Assembly (NCBI GenBank): GCA_028023455.1
Contig: JAQFVV010000003.1
Coordinates: 10,664,001-10,728,000 of the forward strand
Direction: 5' to 3'
Source of the DNA: Epiperipatus broadwayi
Lineage: Eukaryota > Animalia > Onychophora
DNA length: 64,000 bases
Shown here: in pieces, positions 41,401 through 52,033 of the stretch
How the letters are laid out: the number at the start of each line of letters is the position of its first letter
How positions within the stretch are numbered: position 1 is the first letter of the stretch
Position numbers and translations under genes: made by a program
The notes under the pieces: model-generated
Database searches by the model: none
What the model was told of the DNA's origin: nothing
What the model saw: the letters and a program-made list of their open reading frames with translations, nothing else

Positions 41401-42753
41401 ATTGTTAAAATTATTTATCAGCGGTTAATTGGGGAATAGCAGAGATATTTAAAACATTTATAATATTTAAACTGCATTTATTAAAGTATATCATTTAAAT
41501 AAAAGCTTTAGTCTTCTAATGTTTCTTTCAACCTTTTATCTGCTTAACCTTTTATGTTAATTGTCCGATGATCCAAGTATGCACAAACACTTAACTTATA
41601 TTATATTATATTGGCACATTTAACTTATTTTAGTTCTTCAAGTAGTCTAGTCGATTGTCTCTACCCTGATGCTAAGCTTGGGCCGGGTTATAAAATAATT
41701 TATGTGTGTCTCGGATATGTTGTTGGTTTGTGGTTAGACTCGAAAATAGATGAAGAGGGCAGAGGCCATAGTATTCTTGATTTTTATATCTCGCATATGA
41801 GTGGCCTCAAGGTACTTTCACCTAGTTTTCGAACTGGGTTAAACCAGCATACACATTCAACCAGCACAATATATATAAAAACAAAAAATCATTTCTAACT
41901 TAAGAGTTGTTGGATTTCAGTATTGATAATGCATCTGTATGCTGCCTTCTCCCTCATAAGCTAACTTATTCTCCCCCTAATAAATTAAATCTCTTGATAT
42001 ATTATGGGCAGGAACAGCAAACAATATACCTTGGCAACATTATCAGATAATGCATAATGATTATGATATCTGGAAATGATGCTTTATATTATAAAAATCA
42101 AATGAAAAAAAAAAATTATTCAATGCTGAAAATCTGATAAAGTAAGTATTGGTACCAAAAATACTAATCATTTTTTATTCATTCTGTTAATAAGAGATGT
42201 CAAGTAGGGGACCAGCAAACAAAATCATACAATGTATATAAAATAAAGTAGTACCTATAATAGCCCATTGGAAATCAATGGTCTCTCTGGTATTTCTCCA
42301 TAGGCTAGTCATTTGCAATTGTTGACAATTTGTCACTTTTATTTTATCTTCTAAAAAAGCTAAATACCCATTTATTGATGAACAATTGGATGGCTAACTT
42401 GATTATGAGCTAAAATTTCTATTCTTAAAAATAATTCCAAGCTACATCCTGCACATTTTACACTGCATGAATGCATGCACACCTTCCTATCCTCTCCATC
42501 ATCAAAAAGACAGTCGCTGATTAGATCCCAAATAGGATTGATATAAATTTTGCATGCCCACTCACAAAAACAAATCTCAAATATCTCTGAAATAGTTGGA
42601 AATAAATTTACAGGAGCATAATGTGGCAGAATTCCCTTCCATCCCCACATAATCAACACATGAGACATTTATGTTTTCCTGATTATATCACAATTCTATA
42701 TCAGTGAATCCTTTTGACGATTCAGAAAATATATTCCAAAGATGGGCACTGCA

Positions 42754-43042
42754 GGTATTTCCTTCTTGCTTTCTGCATCTCAGCAAACTATTCAGAATGA
42801 AAGATTCTTTCTGGAGCCAGGCAATTACTGACCCATTTCTCTTATAGACAAGCAGCGAAGAACAACAGTTTCATTAAAAATGGATAAATCGGATTTTTTT
42901 TTTTGGTATTTCCTTCTTGCTTTCTGCATCTCAGCAAAATATTCAGATTGAAAGATTCTTTCTGGAGCCAGGCAATTACTGACCCATTTTTCTTATAGAC
43001 AAGCAGCGAAGAACAACAGTTTCATTAAAAATGGATAAATCG
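42754..43042. repeat. 138-bp tandem duplication
   Basis: 42754-42891 and 42905-43042 are nearly identical and separated by a T-run. Confidence 0.95.
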
Positions 43043-43549
43043 CAATTTTTTTTGTTTTGTTTTCTTCGTAGATAATTGAAACATACTTTTATTAATTTAT
43101 ATGTACACATACATATATTGATTCAATACTCATGGATGCATGACTTCACTTCGTCAATACTAAGCAGATTGTTTGTAAGTTCATCTACTATTAAATAACC
43201 TTTTCCCCATATACATAAATCGCGGGTTCTTCGATGACATTCTCTTGATTAGCATAAAGACGATGCTAATCTATTCTACACAAAGATTGCCTGGGACTTA
43301 TTTTATTCCCTTATCAAGAATTTGTAGACATCTAATTTTACGATTACTGTTATAATTTTTTTTAGTACTCTTAAGTTTATTGATGAAATTTTTAGCTATT
43401 TAAAAAATGTATCAGCTACACTAGATTTGAACTTAGATCTTGGATAAAAAAAAATCTTTTAATTTTTCACAATTATTATTTTAATGTAATATTTTTACAT
43501 TTTCTAGGGAATAAAAATAAATATTGATAATACAACAAAAATAAAGAAA

Positions 43550-43790
43550 TCGTATATATTCGTACTTAACAAACAAAAAAAGACCTTTTACACTGAAACA
43601 ACAACAAAAAAAAACCATTTACAATTATTTATTCCCGCCCACGACTTTCAAAATCATTTTACTACGATAATTTTTTTTTAACGTAATCGTATATATTCCT
43701 ATGGAAAAAAAAACCCCTTTTATAATTATTTTTTCCCGCCCACGGCTGTCAAAATCATTATGCTATGATAATTATTATTATTTTTTAAAG
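43550..43790. repeat. About 101-bp tandem duplication upstream of the TIMP exon
   Basis: TTCCCGCCCACG...CAAAATCATT at 43632 and 43733; AATCGTATATATTC at about 43548 and 43685. Confidence 0.85.
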
Positions 43791-43899
43791 CACCTCCGTA
43801 ACTATTCCAGATATGAAAATTGAGTTTACAACTCTCCTCAAATACCTTTCAAGCCAACTTTTTTTAACAAGAATTCTGAGTGTGAATTGAAGTTTCTGG

Positions 43900-44030
43900 T
43901 GAACTTGCAGGAAGTGAAGTCATACTACGCGTCATTCATAGAAAGCGCACGTGTTATAATGACCACGGGTAGAATACCTATATATAGGGCCAAAACAGTT
44001 CAGTGTTCAAATAGTTAATTTTGGATAACA
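43900..44030 (+). promoter_or_regulatory. Putative TIMP proximal promoter
   Basis: CAGGAAGTG (ETS-like) at 43908-43916, TGACG on the minus strand at about 43928-43933, CACGTG at 43948-43953, TATATATA at 43979-43986, and Inr-like TCAGT/TAGTT at 44000-44016. The region retains CpGs. Confidence 0.55.
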
Positions 44031-44154
44031 ATGGCTTCATTTCTTTATTGGCCAATTAATGTTTTCATTTTGGCAGTATTTTGCCCTCAGTTTGTAACGA
44101 GTTGTACCTGTATTCTAAACCATCCACAAAGTGATTACTGCTCAGCAGATTTTG
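44031..44154 (+). CDS. Timp: Tissue inhibitor of metalloproteinases, first coding exon
   Basis: MASFLYWPINVFILAVFCPQFVTS-CTCILNHPQSDYCSADF: signal peptide followed by the TIMP signature CxC...HPQ...C..DF. Ends with a phase-1 donor G|GTAAGT at 44155, the usual TIMP intron position. Confidence 0.92.
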
Positions 44155-46995
44155 GTAAGTTGTTTCTAGCTATATTAGAAAAACTTTTACTATATATATA
44201 TAAATGTATAGTGGAAAGAGAATATTAACTAATTATTTTCAATACCACAGATAAATGGAGACAATTAGATAAATATAGATTTATTTATTTGTAAAAGAAA
44301 ATCGATGTATTAATTGATTTTTGCAATATATATCTATATTTACTGTTTGGATGTATAAAACGCTAAATAATTTTTTAAAAAATATAGGTACTTTTTATAA
44401 TTTGTAGACGTTAAAGATTACAACAATGCTTTATTAAAAAAAACGTATACAATCCTTAACAAATAAATATAATTATTTTTAGAAATTCAATTTTAGGTAG
44501 AGGAAATATAATTACTTAAAAGCATATAATATATAGAATATTAATATTTTATGCATGCTTGTTTATTTAAATTTAATTTTAAAAATGATATATTGATACA
44601 CATCGCTTTGTTTTATTATAGCATTTATTAAAAGTCCGATTTATAATTTATTTTACATATACAATAATAGAGTCAAACAAATTAGAATAAAGTGATTTAA
44701 ATATATCTGTTTTAATAATTTTTAGAGTATACTTTTATGCTGATTTATTTATTTAATTTTAACATTAGAGATTGGAAATCATTCTCCCGGTCGGATGCCG
44801 ATCGATCAGTTTTGTCAGGGTTTTCTACTTTTATCTTCGTAATGTCAAGATTTTAGTATTCCGAATAAGTTATGTTGTGATATATCGTTCTTTTCTCGTT
44901 TTTTTTTTTTTTTGTTGTACAATTTTTAGTTGTATTTATATGAAATAACAGACATTTTTAAGCGTGATTCAAATAAAAACTTCATTAATTTTCGAGTATT
45001 TTTTAAATTACAGTTAATTTCTGTACAATTGTAACGCTCTGAAAACTGCCCCGATACATATAGTGCACTATATGTACTATTTAATAATTGAAAATTAAGT
45101 TTTAATGTTTACTGACGTCCTGACTTATATTTTTAAATTTTTCATTCCTATTTTACAATGTGAATGGCGGCTTACTTTTACATTTTTAAAGAAATGCGTT
45201 TTTTATAGTTATAGTTTGTATAAAAGTAATCGGCGATCATATTTGTCGACATTATCTAATGCATAGTTATAAAAAAAAAAAAAAAGAACATATGACAAAG
45301 AATATGATTAATAAATTCAAAAATGCATAGATTTAAAAATTGGTCCAAAAATGAACAAGCTTATATATATATATACGTGCAATATTAAAAAAAAAAAAAA
45401 AGCACTATTTACTAACATTTTGCCATATATAGACTTGCTAAATTAATTTTTGAATAGTATTGGAATAAATATTGTAATTCTTTACGTAGATTATATTCTT
45501 ATGAACTGATAAGAGTCTGAAGTTTTAAAAAATATTATTGTAAATATTTTTAAATTCAAATAATTTATTTTTATAGTTATAAAATGTGTGAAATAGTTTT
45601 ATTTTAAACAAATAATAGTATACGAAGGTTTTCATTTTGTAATGACTTGCGCATTCATCGACCATTTCCTCAATTTTGAGATCTAATCCAGTTGAAATTT
45701 GCGAATTATTCGGATAGCTATGAATTTTTAAATATGTTTAGGGATTTTTTCATGTAGCCAGATTGTAGTCAATTGGTTTCCAGTTTCTGGCCAATTAATG
45801 TATTTTGTCGTTTTTAGCTTTGAAAACCATCTATTAAGACTTTTTTAAAAAGCCTTATTAGATTGATGGCAGTTATCTAGTCGGGGATGAAACATAGTAG
45901 AATAGACTACGTAATATTATTTTACTACATGCACACACTAGTTAAAATTTTTTATACGGTATTAATTTAAACTAAAAAATATTTCACCAATTTATATACA
46001 TAATTGTGTGGGTATAAATTATATAAAAATGTATGTAATATGCATAAATAGTATTTCTTATAATACATATATTCTAATTAAACAATTATTTATCTACTCA
46101 CAAATACTTATACTGTACATACTGATATTTGTATGTACTTATACGCGCGCATATATATATAAGCAAATATTTACAATTTATCGTATATATAGGCATGCAT
46201 ATATTGTATTTATGTATAACAGTAATATTATAGGTTAAAGTAAATGTATTGGTGATAAAACTATCCAATTGAACATAAAAACGATAATAATTATCTGCTC
46301 AGTATTAATTCATTTTCATTTATTCGAACCCTAAATCACATTAACAATTGAAATTAATGTCGCCTAGAAATAAAGTTTCTGCCAATTTCAAAAAAAGATT
46401 GTTTAGCGCTGGAGGGGCTACAAATTCCTACAAACTTTATTCATAATTTAAAATAAAAACAAGTTAGAAAGCGGTATTTGGTTCTTTTTGAATGTTTTAA
46501 TTCAAACAGTCAATTAAATTTTAATTTAAAATCAGACTAGCCTCGAGCGCTGTTAACATTTATTTAGAATAACGCCTCCCATAAAACATTCTCTATTTAC
46601 AAGAAATATGATGTTAGGTGTGCATGTGTTTGTAGATATAGAGATACATTGTGTTAACTAGTTTTTCAAAATTATAGCTTAACTTTTATAATCTTGTTCC
46701 ATATAAAGAAGATGTTAGTGGCTATTTGAGCTTTTATTTACTAATTTTTATTAATGGAGAATATTAACTTCACATATGTTAATAATGATTCCTATTTCTT
46801 GATTATGTACTTATATTTGTGAGAAAGTGAAATGATTCATAGATGTTGTATAGTTCTAGATGCCTGCATAGCATACAGCCTTTAGGAATGACTGGCTTAA
46901 ATATTGAGGCCCAACAGATATTGATGTGCTGTTACTGTATTTAACAATTAAATAAATTAATTTGCATGAAGGTTTGTGATGATGATATATTTTTA

Positions 46996-47196
46996 GATGT
47001 GATATATTGGACTATTTTCATCATCTATGAGTGAATGTTTAATATACTGTATAGAAAATTTTAAACTTTATTTAAACTTTCCAAATACAAACAACTTGTA
47101 AGATGTTTGTATTTGGAAAATTTAGATAAAGTTTAAAACTTTCTTTACATTCAATATTCACTCACAGTTGATGGAAATAGTCCAACATATCACATC
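46996..47196. repeat. Fold-back hairpin with arms of about 95 bp
   Basis: GATGTGATATATTGGACTATTT...CCAAATACAAACA / TGTTTGTATTTGG...AAATAGTCCAACATATCACATC with a 10-nt loop; partial family member at about 60500-60570. Confidence 0.9.
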
Positions 47197-47719
47197 AAAT
47201 AAATTAATTATATGTAGAGCTATTATTTTGTCCATTTATTATACGGAAGTGAGATTAATTAAGGATGTTTCTTACAATGGCAAAATCATAAAACTAATCA
47301 ATGCCTTCTAAGCAACTAGGATGAGATACTATAGAGATTTTCTATTGTAAAATCATATCTTCATTGGATTTAATAGGTGAAATGAATGAATGGTAACATA
47401 TTCCTTAAAAAATTAAATGGTGCATTTTATAGAATAGATCAGACTATTTTTCCTATTATCTCAAAAATATTCTAAAGAAATGCAAAATGGGAAAATGTAA
47501 TTGTGATAAATATATTAGAGAGCTATCCTTATAAGAGCAAAGTGTTGGAAGTTTTTCAGAAACAAAAATTTACCACAGAAGAATTAAAAGTGTTCAAGTC
47601 ATAACATAACAGGCAAAAACTCTCTGTACAGTAGCACCACTCAGTGCAAGTTAAAATAATCAATGGATACAGAAAGGTTTGTGCATAAAATCCCTATCTA
47701 ATGCCCACTGAACCAATAT

Positions 47720-47760
47720 CACTAGACTAGTTTTTAACTTGCGAACTTTCATCAATGAGG
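47720..47760 (-). ncRNA. Hammerhead motif, copy 1 (most decayed)
   Basis: Minus strand: CCTCA TTGATGA AAGTTCGCAAGTTA AAAA CTAGT C TAGTG (C3U and G12A substitutions). Confidence 0.6.
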
Positions 47761-48127
47761 AACCTTGGATCAGAGAGCACTGCACTTAGACCTTAAGACT
47801 CCAGTAAGCACCTTTTTTTAACTATAAAGCTTTGAGTCCAAAATGAAAACACAATAATGTTTTAAAGCTAAGCTCATTAGCTTGTATAGTTGTCTTTGAT
47901 TTGGTGTCTTTGGTTCTTTAATAACCATAGTCACCATAATCCTGCTGGACAGGATTGATATTAAACCATGAAACATCACATGATCATCATTCTTTATGCT
48001 TACACAAGTTGTTTTTCACAGAGGCAAAACTCCATACAGTAGCACCACTCAGTGCAAGCCAGAATAATCAATGGATGCAGAAAGATTTGTGCATAAAATC
48101 CCTATCTAGTGCCTACTCATCCAATAT

Positions 48128-48167
48128 CCCCAGACTAGTTTCTAGCTTGTGACTTTCATTAGTGAGA
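48128..48167 (-). ncRNA. Hammerhead motif, copy 2
   Basis: Minus strand: TCTCA CTAATGA AAGT CACAA GCTA GAAA CTAGT C TGGGG. 5-bp helix I, palindromic helix III ACTAGT, GUC triplet, G5A substitution. Confidence 0.78.
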
Positions 48168-48285
48168 AACCTTGGATCTGAGAACACTGCACCTAGATCT
48201 TAGGATCTAATGCAGCCAAAAGATGGCTGTTAGAGGGTTGCATTAAATCCTAAGATCTAGGTGCAGTGCTCTCATGTTCAAAGCT

Positions 48286-48325
48286 TCTCACAGATGAAAG
48301 CCACAAGCTAGAAACTAGTCTGGGA
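48286..48325 (+). ncRNA. Hammerhead motif, copy 3
   Basis: TCTCA CAGATGA AAGC CACAA GCTA GAAA CTAGT C TGGGA. 5-bp helix I, AGC/GCT helix II, palindromic helix III, GUC triplet, U4A substitution. Confidence 0.8.
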
Positions 48326-48976
48326 TATTGGATGAGTAGGCATTACATAGGTATTTTATGCACAAATCTTCCTGTATCCATTGATTACTCTGGCTTGCAC
48401 TAAATAGTGGTACTGTATGGAGAGTTTTGCCTCTGAAAAATAGCTTGTGAAAGCATAAAGAATGGTGATCATATAATGTTTGATGGTTTAAAACCAATCT
48501 TGCCCCAATAAGATTATGGTAACTATGGTTATTAAAGAACCAAAGACAGGAAAAAGTATGGATGCTGAATTGAATTCAGATCTATACACCTATACAAGCT
48601 AATGAGCTTAGCTTGAAAACATTATTGTGTTTTCATTTTGAAATCAAAGCTTTATAGTTAGCTAAAAAAGTAAAAGGCAGCTGCTGGAGGATTACGTTAG
48701 ATCCTAAGATCTAGGTGCTTGTGTAAGTATAAAGAATGGTGATCATGGGATGCTTGATGGTTTATGACATAAAATAAATAAAAACTCATTTTTAGAGTGT
48801 TGTTATTCTATCTTTAATAACCCTGTAAATAAACAACAGCTATTAGATAAAAGCATACTATTTTTTAGTTAATGATAAATTCCAAATTAGCATATTAATG
48901 AACAAATTAGCAGTGATACAAGGAAAAGCTATTCCTTGCAAGTTTCTTAAAATGACCAAGTTTACCTTGTGAGTTA

Positions 48977-50067
48977 CACCTGGGTCTTATTTTACGCGAT
49001 AGATAGGTTCCTCAGAAAACATGCGCAAACGAAATCGCGTAAAAATAGAAGGGTATCTTACATTGAAAAAGGGGGATGCGGTCTGTGATTTTTCAAAATT
49101 CGCATAAAAGCAAAGCGCCAACGTAAAATTACTTTAAAATTTGCGCAAAAAAATAAAATATGATTAATAAAAAATTTCAAATTTGAAAAAAATTGATACA
49201 AGACAAACTTTTTTTAACTATAATATTTAATTTTATTCAAAATAATATATTTTTATGCATAATTTACAGTACAGTAATTTACATTTTTATACACGTTTTA
49301 ATTATTATTGCTATTTGCCGAAAAACACGTTCGTTTGCAAACATCAGATTTTTCACAAGAGGAAATACAACTAGCGCCAACTTCACACTCATGTTGTGTC
49401 AATGGTTTTCTGGTGACAACGTAATTAGTAATTAATCTTTGAGATGATGATTTTATTAATTGTTTATGAAACTAACAACTAAAAATTAAATTCTTATTTT
49501 GTCTTTAATTTTTTAATTTTCAATTCCGTTTAAAAATCAAATTTCACATCACATTAATTTCAAGTCGCCGTAAGTAATTTTTAAATTGTTAATTACAATT
49601 AAAAATCAGATTTTAATTTTTAATTGTCAAATTTAATTGTGCCCACTGCTATTATTCACCTTTTAAAAATAAACTTGTGGACACTAAATGATTAATAATT
49701 GATTACGTTCTTTTTTAAAAAGCAAAAACAGAATGTGATTTAAAATGCAAAATTAACACGCACAATGTTTGAACAAATTTACATTATAATCTTGTAAAAT
49801 TTAATGCGAGTATACATAAAATGTGGAAATCGTGATTTTAATTTCATTATTGCATAAAATCTTACTATTATAAAGCACTGAAAATATTGAAATTACTAAG
49901 ATAAAAGTCGAATTCCAATAATGTGCTATTACTTTCAATGTAACGTAAGTGTGCAAAATTTATTATTTAAAGTAATAGCGCATTATCGGAGTTCGACTTT
50001 GGTGAAACATGAATCACGTAACTTCAAAATCGTGTTAAAAAAGTCTGCGTAAAAAGAGATCCAGGTG
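48977..50067. mobile_element. Tc1/mariner-superfamily (pogo/Tigger-like) non-autonomous element, 1091 bp
   Basis: TIRs CACCTGGGTCTTATTTTACGC and (reverse complement) CACCTGGATCTCTTTTTACGC; TA on both sides (48975-48976 and 50068-50069); CpGs retained. Confidence 0.85.
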
Positions 50068-50719
50068 TATTATTATGGTATGAATATTCACAATTCACTT
50101 CTTCATAATTTTTTTTTTTTGTTTATCATTTTAGATTTGAAATGGTTGCTGCTACTAATAATATGTGCGTATGTAAACTCTGTCATTTATGGTTAGATAT
50201 AGATACAGTTAGATTTTTGTTAAACTGGATAGTAAGTGATAAATAAAAATTTTGTTCATTCTCCACAAACTATGTAAGAGAAAAAATGTATAAACTAATA
50301 GTCTTCAAAGCCACTTCATGGTGTAGGGATAGATGCTACTTATTACAGTGTCTTTATATTATTAAGGATAAATTTGTCATTTTCTTATTTTACCAGAGAA
50401 TAGTTAAATATCTCTTTAAAATACATATGGACCTACAATCATGAAAACTTTAATACTATTTTTGGGTTAAATCCTCAGGCCTTTGGCATGATAGAATAAT
50501 ATATCCATTATCTTCTTTAAAATCCTCAACTACTTGAAAGATTTTTCAAGGATTCAAACCTCAGAATACAGACATAATAAGTATTAACCACTACTCACAC
50601 AAATGTAAATAATAGCCATTTCACAAAAAAGAATAAGAGATTTGAAATTCCAGGCTTTCAGATTTTTAATTTAAACATTGAGTTGAGACCTTATCAATAT
50701 ATAACCTAAATATTTTTAT

Positions 50720-51120
50720 AAAATGATTAATAGAGAAGTTTTAGTCATTCAAAAGGCTATAAAGAGTGGCATATTCTCAAAAATCAGAATTGCCATTATC
50801 CTGACCTTTGCAATCTGGCTATCCAGATGCAAGTGTATATTTGAAAATACTAATCATGGTGTCTGCAACATCTATATCAAATTACTCAAGCGGCTCAGGA
50901 ACAGAGATAGATTTCTGGCTCCGGACTGGCTTTTTCATAAAACCTGGGCTAAGGTCACCCTCCTGGAAGAGTGAAGGAGAGCAATGGCCCTAATCTCGGA
51001 CCACAGCAAGCTCTACAGAGTAAATACCTTACAATAGTGTAAAAAGAATATAGTTATGTATAGATAAACATGTTCAATTGTAACTAATAAATTTTAATTT
51101 ATTTTAATAAAAAAAATAAT
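50720..51120 (+). mobile_element. L1/Tx1-like LINE 3' end
   Basis: FAIWLSRCKCIFEN...KLLKRLRNRDRF...FHKTW (ORF2 C-terminal motif), followed by AATAAA and an A-rich tail. Confidence 0.6.
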
Positions 51121-52033
51121 AAGTTTAATAATGCTCAAGACTAAATGGGTTTGTAAGTAATCATTAAACATGAATCAACCTTTTAAAAAAAGGTTTAAAA
51201 TCAAATATTAGAGTCAACGCTACTTTACAATACATTTTTGGTTTAAAACATACACAATTAACAAAGATTTCTCAAATTACCTTATTTGCTTTATAACATC
51301 AATATTTATAAGCATAAAGGCAGAAAAAATGTCATTAATAAAAATCTTTAGCTCTAAAAAAAATATGAATGAGTTATTTATGATGATTCTGAGAAGAAAA
51401 AAAGAAGTGCTTTTTGACATCAGGTTAAAGTATAATATAGAAAGTCCATAAAACCAAGTTTATTACATATTAAATAATTACATGAATAAAATTTAATATA
51501 ATAAAATGAGAATTTAAAATTACACAATGATGAGAATTAAAGTATAGAATATGACTATCATCAGAATCATTTTAAATATATTTCAACTTTTGAACACTAT
51601 GATTTCTTACTTAGTACTTTTAATGTTACTAAAGCAAATTATATTTTTAGCAATTTTGAACAAGTTTTTTATTGAATAACAATGAATGAATTTGTTATTA
51701 ACTGAAAGGAGATCCTTTATTCCTCTTGGAGGCCTTAAAGAAACTGAGCAGAATAGATTCCTAATGTCCACTCCATATGTTCTTGTCATAATAGTTATTA
51801 CCACTATGTGATTATTCATATAGTATACAAACATGGATGGGCCGCTCACCAAGACACATTAGCCAACGTGGTGTGTTTATTGGCCTTTTATCTCTGAGTT
51901 TAAGATCAAGAAACACCATGTTTTTCTTCTCAATTGCCTAATAAGGCAAAATGAATATGTGTGAATGAAAAAATTTTTATAATAAATATAAACAATCATG
52001 ACAGACAAAAATAAATCATGCCCCTTATTTCCT

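Larger units (their letters stand above)
47611..48765. mobile_element. Retrozyme-like 408-bp tandem repeat with inverted arm (palindrome)
   Basis: Direct repeat with 408-bp period at 47611-48217, spacer at 48218-48235, inverted copies at 48236-48765. One hammerhead motif per unit; no ORF of note. Confidence 0.8.

Noticed and set aside
42372-42668. 98-aa Cys/Trp-rich minus-strand ORF from the track
   Set aside because: No recognisable family; flanking frames have stops; the opposite strand has a weak LINE RT signal.
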